The notes under the pieces: model-generated
What the model was told of the DNA's origin: nothing
The model's database searches: none
What the model saw: the letters and a program-made list of their open reading frames with translations, nothing else
In this document: piece by piece, positions 25,902 to 38,500 of the stretch
Layout of the letters: each line of letters begins with the position of its first letter
Position numbering within the stretch: the stretch's first letter is position 1
Source: Sarea resinae
Lineage: Eukaryota
Assembly: GCA_026026165.1 (NCBI GenBank)
Contig: JAPEUD010000007.1
Location: forward strand, 496,001-560,000
Length of the DNA stretch: 64,000 nucleotides
Direction of reading: 5' to 3'
Made by a program: the position numbers and the translations under genes

Positions 25902-27173
25902 ATGGTCCTCCTCCCCGCCCCCTTCGCAGCCATACCTCGCGAACCCCTCATTTTCGACGCCGCCTCGCCCATCCACAGCCTCCCTCGCATCACCGAGGAC
26001 CTCAATCGGGGAAGGTCTGCGGAGCAGAAAGTTACGATATGGGCGAAGCGCGATGATGTCAATTCGGCGCTTGCGTTTGGTGGAAATAAGACCAGGAAGT
26101 TGGAGTATCTGCTCGCGGATGCACTGGCACAGCGCTGTGATGCTCTTGTTAGCATTGGGGGTGTGCAGAGTAATCATACAAGACAGGTTGCTGCTGTTGC
26201 CGCGAAGGCGGGGTTGAAGGTACGTAGTCCGTACTATATGGGATGGCGGGGAGAGGTTTCTTCGGGTGGACGGGCGTTTCATTTGGGCTTCATTGCCTTC
26301 CGTTTCTTCAATTTAATTGGAGGTGGAGGATGGAATGAATGGAATTTAGCGGGAATTTGCTTCTAAGGCATGAATAATTTTGTTGATTGCATTTTTGTGT
26401 CAAAGGCTTTCCTAGTCCAAGAGCACTGGGTCGATTGGACCGATCCCGTCTACGATGCCGTGGGCAATATCCAGATCTCGCGACTCTGCGGCGCCGATGT
26501 GCGCCTCGACGCCTCGGGTTTCGGCATCGAGCACAAACCCACGCTCGCTGCGCTGGTGGATGAGGTCACCGCAAAGGGCTATAAGCCGTACCCAATCCCC
26601 GCCGGGGCGTCGGACCATCCGTTAGGCGGTCTGGGGTTCGCGCGCTGGGCGTTCGAGGTTGCGGAGCAGGAGAGGGAGATAGGCGTTTTTTTCGATACGG
26701 TCATTGTGTGCGCGGTTACGGGATCAACGTTTGGTGGGATGTTGGCGGGGTTTAAGCTGCTGGACAAGCAGCAGGTAGGAGAGGGGAAGAGGAAGAGAAA
26801 GATCATCGGTATTGACGCCTCTGCTAAGCCGGAAGAGACGCGCGCTCAGGTGTTGCGCATTGCACGCTCTACGGCGGCGAAGATCGGGCTGGAGGAAAGC
26901 GATATTACCCCTGATGATGTGCTGCTCGATGAGCGGTATCATGCTGGTTGTTATGGTATTCCTGATAAGAGCACCGTCGAGGCGATACAATACGCGGCGC
27001 GCTTGGAGGCCTTCATCACCGATCCTGTCTATGAGGGCAAAAGTCTTGCGGGCTTGTTGGATATGGTAAAGAAGGGCGAGATTGGGGGCGGGGCAAATGT
27101 TCTCTATGCGCATCTAGGCGGGCAGTTGGCGTTGAATGCTTATGAGGGCATGGGGAAGGCTGTGGGTTTGTAG
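25902..27173 (+). CDS. acdS: 1-aminocyclopropane-1-carboxylate (ACC) deaminase
   Basis: [21 protein letters not shown] (PLP lysine), [35 protein letters not shown]. Intron 26220-26405. Confidence 0.95.
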
Positions 27174-27337
27174 AAAAGTCGAAAGGTACTTCTGGTCTTC
27201 CCACGATAGAGACGCATGGAAATCATTAAAGATTCTACTGCGCAGTACGAATAGACAGCGTACGAATATAAGCATTCGACAAAGACAGGGGTCATTTGTT
27301 GATACGGATACATCACCTGATAGCGTGCCAAATTACG

Positions 27338-27371
27338 TCGCGTGAATGCATTCGCCTCGAGCTTTACGCGA
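27338..27371. promoter_or_regulatory. MCB-like elements upstream of RDH54
   Basis: TCGCGT at 27338 and ACGCGA at 27366, within 140 nt of the ATG of a DNA-repair gene. Confidence 0.4.
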
Positions 27372-27468
27372 CAGATTATTCAGTAGCCTTGATGTGAACT
27401 AACCGCCGAGAACAGCCATTGTTTGCTAACGTATTCAGAAGAGCATCAGTCCAAAAGCTCCTTGGATC

Positions 27469-30400
27469 ATGTTCAACAAACCCTTTCGACCACCTCTAAT
27501 CAACAGATCAGCAGGAACATCTCCAGATATTGGCCGGACAGACTCTTCGTCTTCAGCAAAGCGGCGGCGTGTCAATGGCCCAGAAAAGACTCGGGATATT
27601 CATGCTCCGAGCCAGAAGCCGTCTAGGTCTGGATTCGCGCCATTCTCCAGCTTGACTCGCAAGCCTCTGCTCAGTATCCACAATTCCGCGGCATTCTATG
27701 AAGCAAGCGAAGACACTGGCGATGGAGCCGAGGCCTACTATGCGGTCCTCTGGTAAGATGTCTATCTTTTAATCGCTCTATGGATCAACTGGATGCTGAT
27801 ATGCTGAATGGTGTAGGCGAAAGCCCACTGCCAAAAAACATAAGACCTGGGATGGAGACGGAATCTTATCGATAAGGGGAGGCTTTGCGCATCTGCACGA
27901 TGTCTCTGGTCGGGACATGGGTCGTGTGAATTTCGATTCGCCCCTGCTACCTGGATCGACTTTATCGGTCTCTGGCAAGGAAGTCGAGGTTGACTCTGTC
28001 ATTACCAAAAGAGACTATCTGGCCGGAAGACCATTCTTGAATGTTCCCTCGAGTTCGCCAAATATATCCAAATCGACTATGCGTGAAGAGATTCCTATAG
28101 CCCTAAGAGTGCAAGATGAGGACAATAAAAGGAGCAATCCCTCCACGGAAAAGAGCGTAGAGCATGGCAGCCTGAAGAAGGTCTTGAATGTCTCAGCTCC
28201 CAAGACTGTCGCTGCAAGTAGCAGGTTCAAGAATCCGATGCTTGCTAACACCGTTATGCCTAAGGGACCAAGCGCGGCACCAACCCCTCGACATGACCCT
28301 CACAAGCCTGGAGCTCTACTCATGTTACGACCGAAAAGTTTACCTAAGGGAAAGCAGATCGTTGATGTTGTAGTCGATCCGATACTCTCTCGACATCTCC
28401 GCGAGCACCAACGCGAGGGAGTAAAATTCTTATACGAATGTGTCATGGGGTTGCGGCCTTTTGCCGGCGAAGGAGCCATTTTGGCTGATGAGATGGGCCT
28501 TGGAAAGACCCTGCAAACGATTACTCTCTTGTGGACTCTGCTGAAACAGAACCCTGTTTATGAAGCTGCGCCAGTCATCAAGAAGGCGCTGATCGTGTGC
28601 CCCGCAACCTTAGTGGATAATTGGCGGAAGGAATTCCGCAAATGGCTTGGTAATGAGAGAATAGGCGTCTTCGTTGCAGATGGAACTAGAACAAGGTTAT
28701 CCGACTTCACCAAGGGGAAAAGCTACAATGTGATGATCATTGGATATGAGAGACTCCGGAATGTACAAGAAGAATTGCAGGGCGATTTGGGCATCGACAT
28801 AGTCATTGCAGATGAAGGTCACAGGCTGAAATCAGCGAAAAACAAAAGTGCGCTGGCTATTAAATCCTTAAATACCGAGCGTCGTGTGATCCTCTCGGGG
28901 ACCCCGATACAGAACGACCTCGGCGAGTTCTACTTCACGGTCGACTTTGTGAATCCTGGGTTACTTGGGAAATACTCATCCTTTAAGAAAGAATTCGAGG
29001 ATCCCATTGTGAAGAGCAGGGACAGCGCCTCTGAGAAAGACATCGAGAAGGGCAACGCAAGAAGCAAAGAACTTGCATCTTTGACTGGAATGTTCATCCT
29101 TCGTCGCACAGCGGATATTCTATCTCAATATCTGCCATCTAAAACGGAATATGTATTGTTTTGCCGGCCAACTGCTGCACAGGTTGCGGTCTATCGGAAC
29201 GTCTTAGTTGCGCCGGGGTTTGGCTCGATCATAGGGAGTCCAGAGGCTTCGTTGCAGCTTATTACCATTCTGAAAAAGGTCTGCAACAGTCCTAGTCTTC
29301 TGAAAGGCAAAGCTGAAGGGCCGACAAAACCCGCTATTGCGGACCTGCTCTCTGGCCTCCCTGCCGGCGCTCTACGTTCTCCTGCCGAAAGCGGCAAGTT
29401 TCGAGTCCTGGATAATCTTCTCTACTATCTCAGAACCACGACGGAAGAGAAGGTCGTTATTGTCTCTAATTACACGTCTACGTTAGACATGCTTGCCACC
29501 CTCCTCACAAGTCTTTCCTACCCCTATCTCCGTCTCGATGGCGCCATTCCCTCAGCGAAGCGCCAAGATCTCGTTGACACTTTCAATCGAACCCCGGCGT
29601 CTGAGTGCTTTGCATTTCTGCTGTCTGCCAAATCAGGCGGCACAGGCCTGAACCTCATCGGCGCCTCCCGCCTCGTCCTCTACGATATCGACTGGAATCC
29701 TGCGACGGACCTGCAAGCCATGGCGAGGATTCACCGAGATGGCCAAAAGAGAGAATGCAAAATCTACCGCCTCCTGACGCGGGGCGCACTAGACGAGAAG
29801 ATCTACCAGCGCCAGTTGACCAAGCGCGGGCTCGCCGACAGCGTGATGGAAAATAAGGTTTCGAGCTCGAGTTTTTCGAGGGAAGAGCTCAGAGATCTAT
29901 TCAGTTTGGACGAGACGTCCTCTTGTCAGACGCATGATCTCTTGGGGTGTCATTGCGGATCCAGGGGTGACCTGCCGCCCTCTTCGTCTTCTGCTTTGAC
30001 TTCATTGCCCGGTGCAGGTGGCCGTGGCCGATCCGTGACCATCGATCTGACACAGTCCTCTGATATCTCCACCTCTCCAAGATCAGCCTCGGTAGTCACC
30101 TCCGACGACCAAGACGAGGACGAGGAAGACGAGGACTCCGACGACACCCTCCCCGCCGTGTTCACCCTCACCAGATCAGATTTCAAGCAGAAACCAAACC
30201 CAAAGGCCTCCCTCACAAAGGCCTCGGAGCTGCACATCGAAGCCCAAGAGCGCAGCATCGGCGCCGAAGCTCAGGCCGCTCGGACGAAAGCGCAGGCTTC
30301 GAAGATGGCGTCTCTCATGGGCTACGTGCACCTCGACACCTCTCGCTTCAGCGGCTCCTTCCCGAAGGCAGATGGTGACGATCGCCTCGAGGGAGAGGCT

Positions 30401-30517
30401 GATGCGTTACAGAAAAACAAGGGGAGGACTGTGATTGATGATGACGACGTGCTGCGGCAGGTGCTCTGCGATGAGGCGAACCGAATTTCTTTTCTCTTTG
30501 CGAAGACGTCGAAATAG
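27469..30517 (+). CDS. RDH54: SNF2-family DNA translocase Rdh54/RAD54B
   Basis: MFNKPFRPPL N-terminus, W-RKPTAKKHKTWDGDG motif across intron ~27753-27816, LADEMGLGKT, DEGH, WNPATDLQAMARIHRDGQ. Confidence 0.93.
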
Positions 30518-30853
30518 GCCTGCCATTTCGATCTAGGTCTAGGCTATCGCGCGGAGACCAGAAAGGTGAAGTGGTGCGAGCGAGGGAGAGGCATTGACTC
30601 TTCCGGCTCATTCGACGAATTTGAAAGAGGGCACGTAGAGATGACAGTAAAGGAGGAACACAGAAAGAGAAGCCCAGGCTTTTTGCTATTCGCTCTACGG
30701 GAATCTCTGCCCCTTTTCCCTCCTTCACTCGACCGATTTGGTCTTGAGATGGCAAAACTTACCTTCTTTGGTCCTCTGTCCCCCGAGAGATCTGCGCGGT
30801 ATTGTCCGTGATGGCTGTCTTTGTCTGTATTCTTATCTTCTTACCTGCGTACT

Positions 30854-30880
30854 TAGCATAGCATAGCATAGCATAGCATA
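30854..30880. repeat. (TAGCA)5 microsatellite in the RDH54/NRDE2 convergent spacer
   Basis: Read directly from the sequence. Confidence 0.9.
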
Positions 30881-31332
30881 TGGCTTGAAGTACGATAGCT
30901 TAGACTTGGATAGCCTAGAAAGTGTACACATACATACTATATTATATAAACAATATACCTACGTACACGTTTATCAACCACATACCACCACATGCAAAAA
31001 CAAACTATAATTTAGAAAAGGCGCACCTCCAATATGATATATACGTTCCTCGTGCAACCCGTCCCTGCAGCCTCCAGGACTTCTGGCAAGATTTCCCTCT
31101 CCTTCAGACGTTCTTGCAGATCCCCTCTTAACTCTCTTTTCCGTCGCTTTCGAGATCTCTGATGCAGAAGGGAGAATCTTCACGTTACGTTCAATGCATA
31201 CGAAGAAGAATGATTAATGCCGTTGTATGCTTTGTTTTTTTTATTTTCTTGGGAGATTTAGGCATACGTTGTTAGGTTGGATCGGGTTGGGGTAGAACCT
31301 AAACGGTGGCACTGCTCGCGAATCTCTAGAAT

Positions 31333-34300
31333 CTACCTGCCCTCATCGTCGCCTGAAGAGGAGCTCCGATCCTCAGGTAACTTCAAGACCTCCTCGCCAT
31401 CATGGTCATCATCATCACTACTATCACCATGACCGCTAGCCGCACCCCTGGCGCCCCTCCTCCCGCGCACCCGCGCCTCTGATTCCGCAATCGCCTCCGC
31501 CTCTGCCTCCGCCTCCTCAAGCTCCTCGCCAATGTCCCAGCGGACGCGCAATTCTTTCTCGAGCAGCACATTCCAGAGGTGTTTTCTCTCGGAGTTATTG
31601 AACACGTGCTTGAGGCGCGGGTGGTTGGAGAAGGCGAGGAAGATGTAGGGTTTACACCAGGGTAGGTGCTGTAGGCCGCGATGGAAGATTTGTTTCATGC
31701 GCTCGTTTTGTTGGCGTTGCTGTTGGTGGTGATGGCTGTGTTGTGGTGTGTGTGACAGGTGTGCTTCGAAGAGCACGTACAGCGTCCAGAGGGCGGCGCT
31801 ATGGGCAAGAGAAGGGGAAGTGACAGCGCGCTCGAACGAGGCGCGCAGCGCATAAGGCGTTGTCCCTGTGATGGCCGTTTTGCGGAGGGAGGTGTAGAGT
31901 TCCAGCAGGGTCGGGATGAGCGATGTCGCAGCGTCTGGCGAAACGGTCCGAGTGCGTTTGCTGGTGGGGTTAATTGTGGTGACGGTGCTGGTGAGAGAGC
32001 GCAGCCGAGCGGTGATGTCGATTGGTTTTATCAAGGATTTGGCTGTTTGGATGATGGTGTTTGTGGGATATAGGTCTAAGGAGTCTGGAAGGAGGGAAGG
32101 CGGGAGGGGGTGGGATTTACGGTGGTGGATGAGGAGAAGGGAGAGGGATTGCATGAGGAGTTCGTGGGTTAGTGAGGTGGTCGTGTGCAGGAGGGAGATT
32201 GTTGTCGAGTAGATCTCGAGGACCGCCGGGAGAGAGGAGCTGGAGAGGTAAGTGAGTAGGGAGAGCAGAGCGGTCGCGTGATCGATGTTTGACGTATGAT
32301 TGTGCGTGATAGCGTGGTCGCGGTGCGAATATAGGGTTTGTTTAGCTTTCAAGACTGCGGTAGGGTGTGGGATAAAAGTATCCCTTTCATTGGTATCACC
32401 AGGAACCTTAACCTCATCTTCGGCGATTGAAAGGAGAAGCCTGAATGCCTTGACCTCTTCGCCTGCTTCGAGGAGCTGCCGAATCCAAGTTCGCCAGAGG
32501 AGAAGGGTATCTTGCTGGTTTGTCTCGCTCAGCGTCTTGCTCATGTTGACCGCAGTGCAGAAGACATTGTTGGCTTGCGATGAATTCCCTGCGCGGATCT
32601 CTAGAAGTGCATAGGCGTTGTACAAACGTAGACTAGAGGGATGCTTTTTAAGGAGCCTTTTGGCTAGTTTTCTGGCACTGCAGATGATTCTTCATTAGTA
32701 CGTCATGGCTCACTCAGATGAGGAGGGCAAAAAGAATACTTACTTATGAGGAAAATTGGTCGCCTCAAATGCAAGAAGATACTCAGCTAGTCGGTAGAGC
32801 TGAGGCTGGACGGTAACGAGACCCTCGAGGGCCCTTTTCAGCCATCCAAGGCGGACAGGCCCTGAATCATTCGGAAACATTTCATCCCACGATTGGAACG
32901 TGGCAAAAGAATTGCCGTCGGTGCCGAAGAGAGCTTCTGTACAGGGAATGAAATGATGCATGGGAAACCTAAGAGTCTCCTTAGAGTTATCGTAGTGCTC
33001 GTATTCCGACTCAATGCCCTCGAGCCACGGGAGTGACTTCTGCTGGGAATATTTATCTGAGAACCATTGTGATGCGAAAGTATCACATTGCTCTAAGACT
33101 TCATTTCTAGTGAACGAGTCATTCCACCAGTCCATTACCCACTCATTGACCTCGAAAGACATGGGAGGCAGACGGCAAAACAGAAGGAAGGCCTCGATGA
33201 GACTGCTTCGAGAAGTCTCATCGGCGAAATAGACCAACGTATCTCTGATGTCAGAAAACAAGATGACTCTGTACGGATCGTCTTCCTCTACTTCGTCGAT
33301 CGTACGAGCTGGTTCCCTTGATCTCAACGACAGCTCCCGTTCTTGGCGAGCCCACTCGTCTAGAAGATTACTTCCATTGAGGGCAGACCTGGAATGATCG
33401 GTTTTCGCCTCCGGAGCCGAACCCCCCTTTGAAAAGTAGACGCTCCAGCTCTCCGCGCCGTCTTCTCCAATGCGCGGCACTTCACTTTCCCAGAAGGTTT
33501 CAAATGCGGCGAGAGCAGCAGCATCATCTGAACTACCATTCAGGATTTCTGGAATTGAAGTATAACGATCGGGCATAAAGTAGTTCAGCTCAAGTAGACC
33601 CTGCCAAATAGCAATTGCTTGCTCAGGAAAACCAGATTCCCTCGTGAATAGGGTGAGCCGGAGAAGAACATAGATCACTATACGGTCCAAATGCGCGACA
33701 GTCTGAGCTCCTCTTCGGGCCCTTGAATTCGCGCTTTTGAGTAGTGCCAGGCAGTCCATGAATACATTCCGACAGTCTTCGTATCTGAAGGTCACGAAAT
33801 TCGTTTGCTGGAAGTCCAGATACTTGGTCCATAGGTTCAAATAGGACGGATTTTCTTGCAAAACGTTTCTCCACTTAGCGGCGATCTTTTTGCTGTCCCA
33901 TAACTGGGAACCTTCCTCCATCATACCAAGCAATAACGCTTCTCGTCCTTCGTCCATCCGCCCAAGACTAGCCAAGGCCTTTTCGTAGATGGATAACTTG
34001 ATGTCAGCTGTACTTCTTCTTTCAGCTTGTGTGGTCTTCCGCCGCTCTGGTCCTTCCCCATTCCCAAGCAATTTGTCTTGATGTTCGACGAATGCTAACC
34101 ATGCTTCTGCATTGTTTGGCTGGGCTTCGACCATCCGTGATAGTTCAATGCCTTGTCTCCTGGTGTTTTCGTCCATTTTCAGGTCCCTTCCCAAATCATA
34201 GTCTGAAGCAGATGATTCTGACCCATATTCTAGATCCCTGTCGACTGGGCGATCTTTGGCCTTTGCCTTGCCCTCGATAGATCTATAGTGACTCGACTCT

Positions 34301-35016
34301 TCCATCTCCGACGACGATTCTGAGCTCAACCCTAAGCTGCGTGCGCGCTTCCTTTTCTTGCCCTGCAAAGGCCGAAGGGATACAAAGTCTTGTGCAGGAC
34401 CGAAAGATGCATCGTCCATGAACTCTGGTCGTATACGCAGCTTCTTGATTTGCTTGCGCTCGTTTCTGGCGAAAGCATATCTTTCTCTTTTGATAGAGGA
34501 CAGTCCAACTGCACTGTTAACAACGATTGATTTCTCACTGCTATGAGCTCGGTCAATCTTGCGGCCCTTGGGGAGACCCATCACCCCCCCAGCACCGGAT
34601 CGAAGATACGCAGGTATGCTATACCGGTGGACCGTACCATAGGTGAGGTTATTGGGATCCCCCCTTGTGTCGATAACGTATACATCTGGGCCTTCATCCC
34701 ACGGGACTACCTCCGTGTCGGTGACATTTGATTTCCGTGCATCCCTACTTTTGCGGTCTCGACTTCTCGACCGGCGGTGTCCGCGATGCCGATGGTGATC
34801 TCTACTTCGCTTCCGCTCATGGTGTCGATGGCCATGAGCATCATTGTCATGGGTATGTCTGTGCCTGTGCTTCTCCGCATTTCCCGACCTCTGTCGCTCT
34901 TCCTCTCGACCTGGCTTCTCAGGTCCGTCTGTGACATTTTCGTTTTTAAGGGGAGCTTGCGCTTTCGGTTTGAAGCTGGCAAATTTGGGGATAGCAGCTG
35001 GAACCTCCATGGCCAT
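31333..35016 (-). CDS. NRDE2: NRDE-2 family nuclear exosome/RNAi-associated protein
   Basis: PKFASFKP, DTRGDPNNLTYG, KLSIYEKAL, FWESEVPRIGE, EEDDPYRVILFSDI, LPWCK, EKELR. Intron 32743-32678 joins the two ORFs in frame. Confidence 0.92.
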
Positions 35017-35501
35017 GGCACCAAAAATGTCAGCAAGACACGGCTAGCTGTGCAATGGACAGGTTAGGATATCGACCTACCGCGGGCTGCTGATCCATCC
35101 CATTACAATGCGCTCTCGGTGGAAAGTGAAGGGTGTCGAGGTGAATCGATGGAACTATTGCGTCAATGGTCTTCCTGGACTCCGTATCAAAACTGGACCA
35201 AATCGGCAGCTTTAGGCGGGGTCGCGTGCATGCAGCGTCCTCACAGGGTCGTGAAAAATTGCCTTGCGATACGTATCGCTGATTCCGAGACGCAAAACAT
35301 TATTTCCATTCGGTTTTCCATTTTGAGCTTCTCATTTGCAGCCGCCTTTCGTCTCTTGACTCTCTTCGTTCAACCGCCGTTAAAGCCGCTGAAGGCCACC
35401 AACTTCTATCGCTGTCGATGTTGTCCCGGCCAGATATGTGTCCATACCGTCGATAGTACAGCTCTGATCTCTTGCGCCTCGATAATTATCACGTCTTCAT
35501 C

Positions 35502-38500
35502 ATGGCGTCCGCTCTTGCAGCACAGTTGTCCCAGATAGCGGCGCATTCCACCAATTCCCTTGATCTCAAGGCCCAACGGACGGCGCATTCGCAGTCCCTG
35601 ATATTCGAAGCGAGAGATGCCGCAAACCAAGGTTTCGATACCATCTTTCAATTATGCTACGAGGGGTTCGGGGAACTATGCCTCCTTGACCCGCGGTTCA
35701 CCGTCTTTGCGAGGAATATCTTTAGCGAGCATAGTAAAAAGGAGGAGCGGACGCAGATGACTGCAGCTCAGAATGAAGAGCTAGACAGGGTCGTCGAAGA
35801 TTTTCTGGGGCTTGTTGGTGGAAGACTGCTGCTGAAGCCAGCGATCAAAGCCGTGGAATGGCTCGTGCGGAGGTTTAGGTATGTAGTATCGGCTTCCTGA
35901 TTCGAGGAAAGAGCTTTATGCTAACATATTCATGAATCCAGGGTTCACGAGTATAATACCTCATTCTTGATCCTAACTTTCCTACCCTACCATACTACGC
36001 CTATTTTCGCAACTCTTCTTTCGATCCTGCCGTCCAATATCCCTCCGACGTACAAGTTTCTTCATCCTTATATCAAATCCCTTGCTAGTCCTCCTCGACA
36101 TACTATCGTATACACTGCAACCAACAATCATGCCTTCTTCGCCACCCTCAACCAATACGTGCTGAAGGTCAGCAAAGTCCGCCATCATCATCACGCACTA
36201 TTGTCTCTTTGGGCTGGTGTTATGACCGAGGCTGTAGCTGGGATGCTCGATCTGGCTCGATCTGGGAGGCACAATGTCCAGAGACAAAGCGAACATGATG
36301 TCTTGCTCAGGGTTCTGCCAATCCTAAACGAAGGGCTGGCAATGGGAAAGGTCCCCGAATTACAAATGGGCTGCTATATGCTTCTTACGATCTTAAGCAC
36401 GAAGTCTAACTTGGAAGACAAGGTACTAAACGGTATGATGGAGGCAGTGGTGGCCGGATGGACCCAAGACACGCTACAAGCGGGCTTGGTCTGCCTATCT
36501 GTACTGGCCGAGGAGAGAAATGGAGCGAAGCTACCGAAAATTGTCGTGAAGGAGATGATGAAAATAAATGCTCTCGATGATGAAATCTTGAGCTTGAGCC
36601 ATAACTATAGCGTGGATAGGCTGGTCCTTGGATTAACTCTAGGTGCCCTTGCCCGGTTTGAGAAATCCAAAGATGTGAAGACTTTGGGATTCGTCGGAAA
36701 GATGCTAGAGGCTCAGATCTTGGACGGGCCTCAGATTTCCCTAGTAGTGAAATCTACCTTGCTATTAGCACAGAATAGCGACTTCCAAGCTACCGAAGGA
36801 GTTACAGACATGCGACGCCATCTAGCCGACTTTCTCGTCCGATTGACACAGTCTAGCATAGCAGGGAAGACTATTCGAGCGGTCATGCAGGATTCAAGCA
36901 TCGACGTGGATCTCCTCGAGATGAAATTGCAGACTGCTATCTTGCCTGCCGAAAAGCTGGCAATCGCGGGCCACGATGATATGGACATGCAAGACATTGA
37001 AACCCCCGCAGTGCAGACTACTTTCGAGTCAATTACTGCGAATTTGCCTACCCGAACCGTGGACGAAATATCTTTCATATCACATGTTAGATCCCGTGTC
37101 TTCGATGACCTGCTACAATCTTTTATACTAGCTGCTGGTCTACAAGAGAATATCGAGAAATTCATTAATCTCCCAATCTTAAGGAAAGAATTCGCCGCCA
37201 ATGAGCCACTCTTCTTCTCATTTTTCATGAGAGTCTGGTGCGGTCCGTATCCCGCCCTTTCCCGAGTTGCTGCTTTGCAGACTACAGGAAAGCAATTGGC
37301 AAATCTTGGAAATGTCGCTGACTTCCAGGCTATCCTTCCCTACCTCCTGATTGCTCTTGCTGACCCGTCTGCCAAAGTAAGACACGCGGCGGCGGAGCTA
37401 GCAACCATAATAGATCAGCTCCACCAAAGTAAGGGCGATCAAGGAAAGAAACGGAGAGTGTCTAAACCATGGGGCTTTGATGAGATCTATGGGATGGGAG
37501 AGGAAACCAAAGGAGTCAAATGGCTCTCTAGCGAAGAGATAACTGATCTGTTGCAGAGCGTGGTCCTCCCCGCCCTGGAGGAGTGCACTTTGGACAACAA
37601 TCACATCAAGCAAGCCCTTGACCGTGCTCTCGATGGCTCGTCGCACCCGAAACAGACAGGGCAAAAAGAACTGAAAAAGTCTGTTGGGGTCGCTATCATG
37701 TCATTCCTCAGCAGCCATGTGGTTAACACCCCCCTCTACACGGCCAAAGTACGACTGCTTCAAATGCTTTGCCAAGTGAACAGAATCAAGGCTAGCTCTA
37801 GGACAAAGATGCTATTACCGGCTCTCAAGGCCTGGGCCTCACTCTCCGAGACTGATGCGACCGATTGCTGCCAAGCAGAAGAGCTGGACCAGCGGGAACT
37901 TGATGAGCAGATGGCTGGTATCATTTCTGAGAGCGATAAGGAAGGGTTGTCTGCACTACAACAAATTGTTACAGGCGAATATGGATCTGGGAGGCCTGGC
38001 CTTGTTCAAGCAATGCTTCACCGTCTTCAGATCTTGTGGTCATCCCTCAAAGCCGATACGCAACTTTCGATGGCAGATTTCCTATTGGACTCTTCTCTGG
38101 ATCTCACTCCCAAGGCTTACCAAGATGATACAATGGACGTCTTACGTTCTCTTCGTCTGCCCACCAACGTGCTCGTTTCATTCGTCGACCAACTTCCTGC
38201 TGCAGCAGACGTAAAAGATGGGTCTCCCTCAGCAAAGCGACGGCGGACCAGCCATGGAGCGAAGGTTGCAGTCAATGCCTATGGCTCGGGAGAAATGGGG
38301 ATGGCTGTTCGAAAAGTCACCTCTGTCCTTGAAATCGTCGACAGCTCTGAGCCGGAAAAGCATCCCCAACTACTCAAAGGATTGTTCCAAGTCCTGGGAG
38401 AACTACAGCATTACAAAGTTCAACTAGGCTCAGAGCTAGCATACATCCAAGGCCTGGTGCTGGGAAGCTTGCTCGATATTGCGAATGGATTTCAGGTGAG

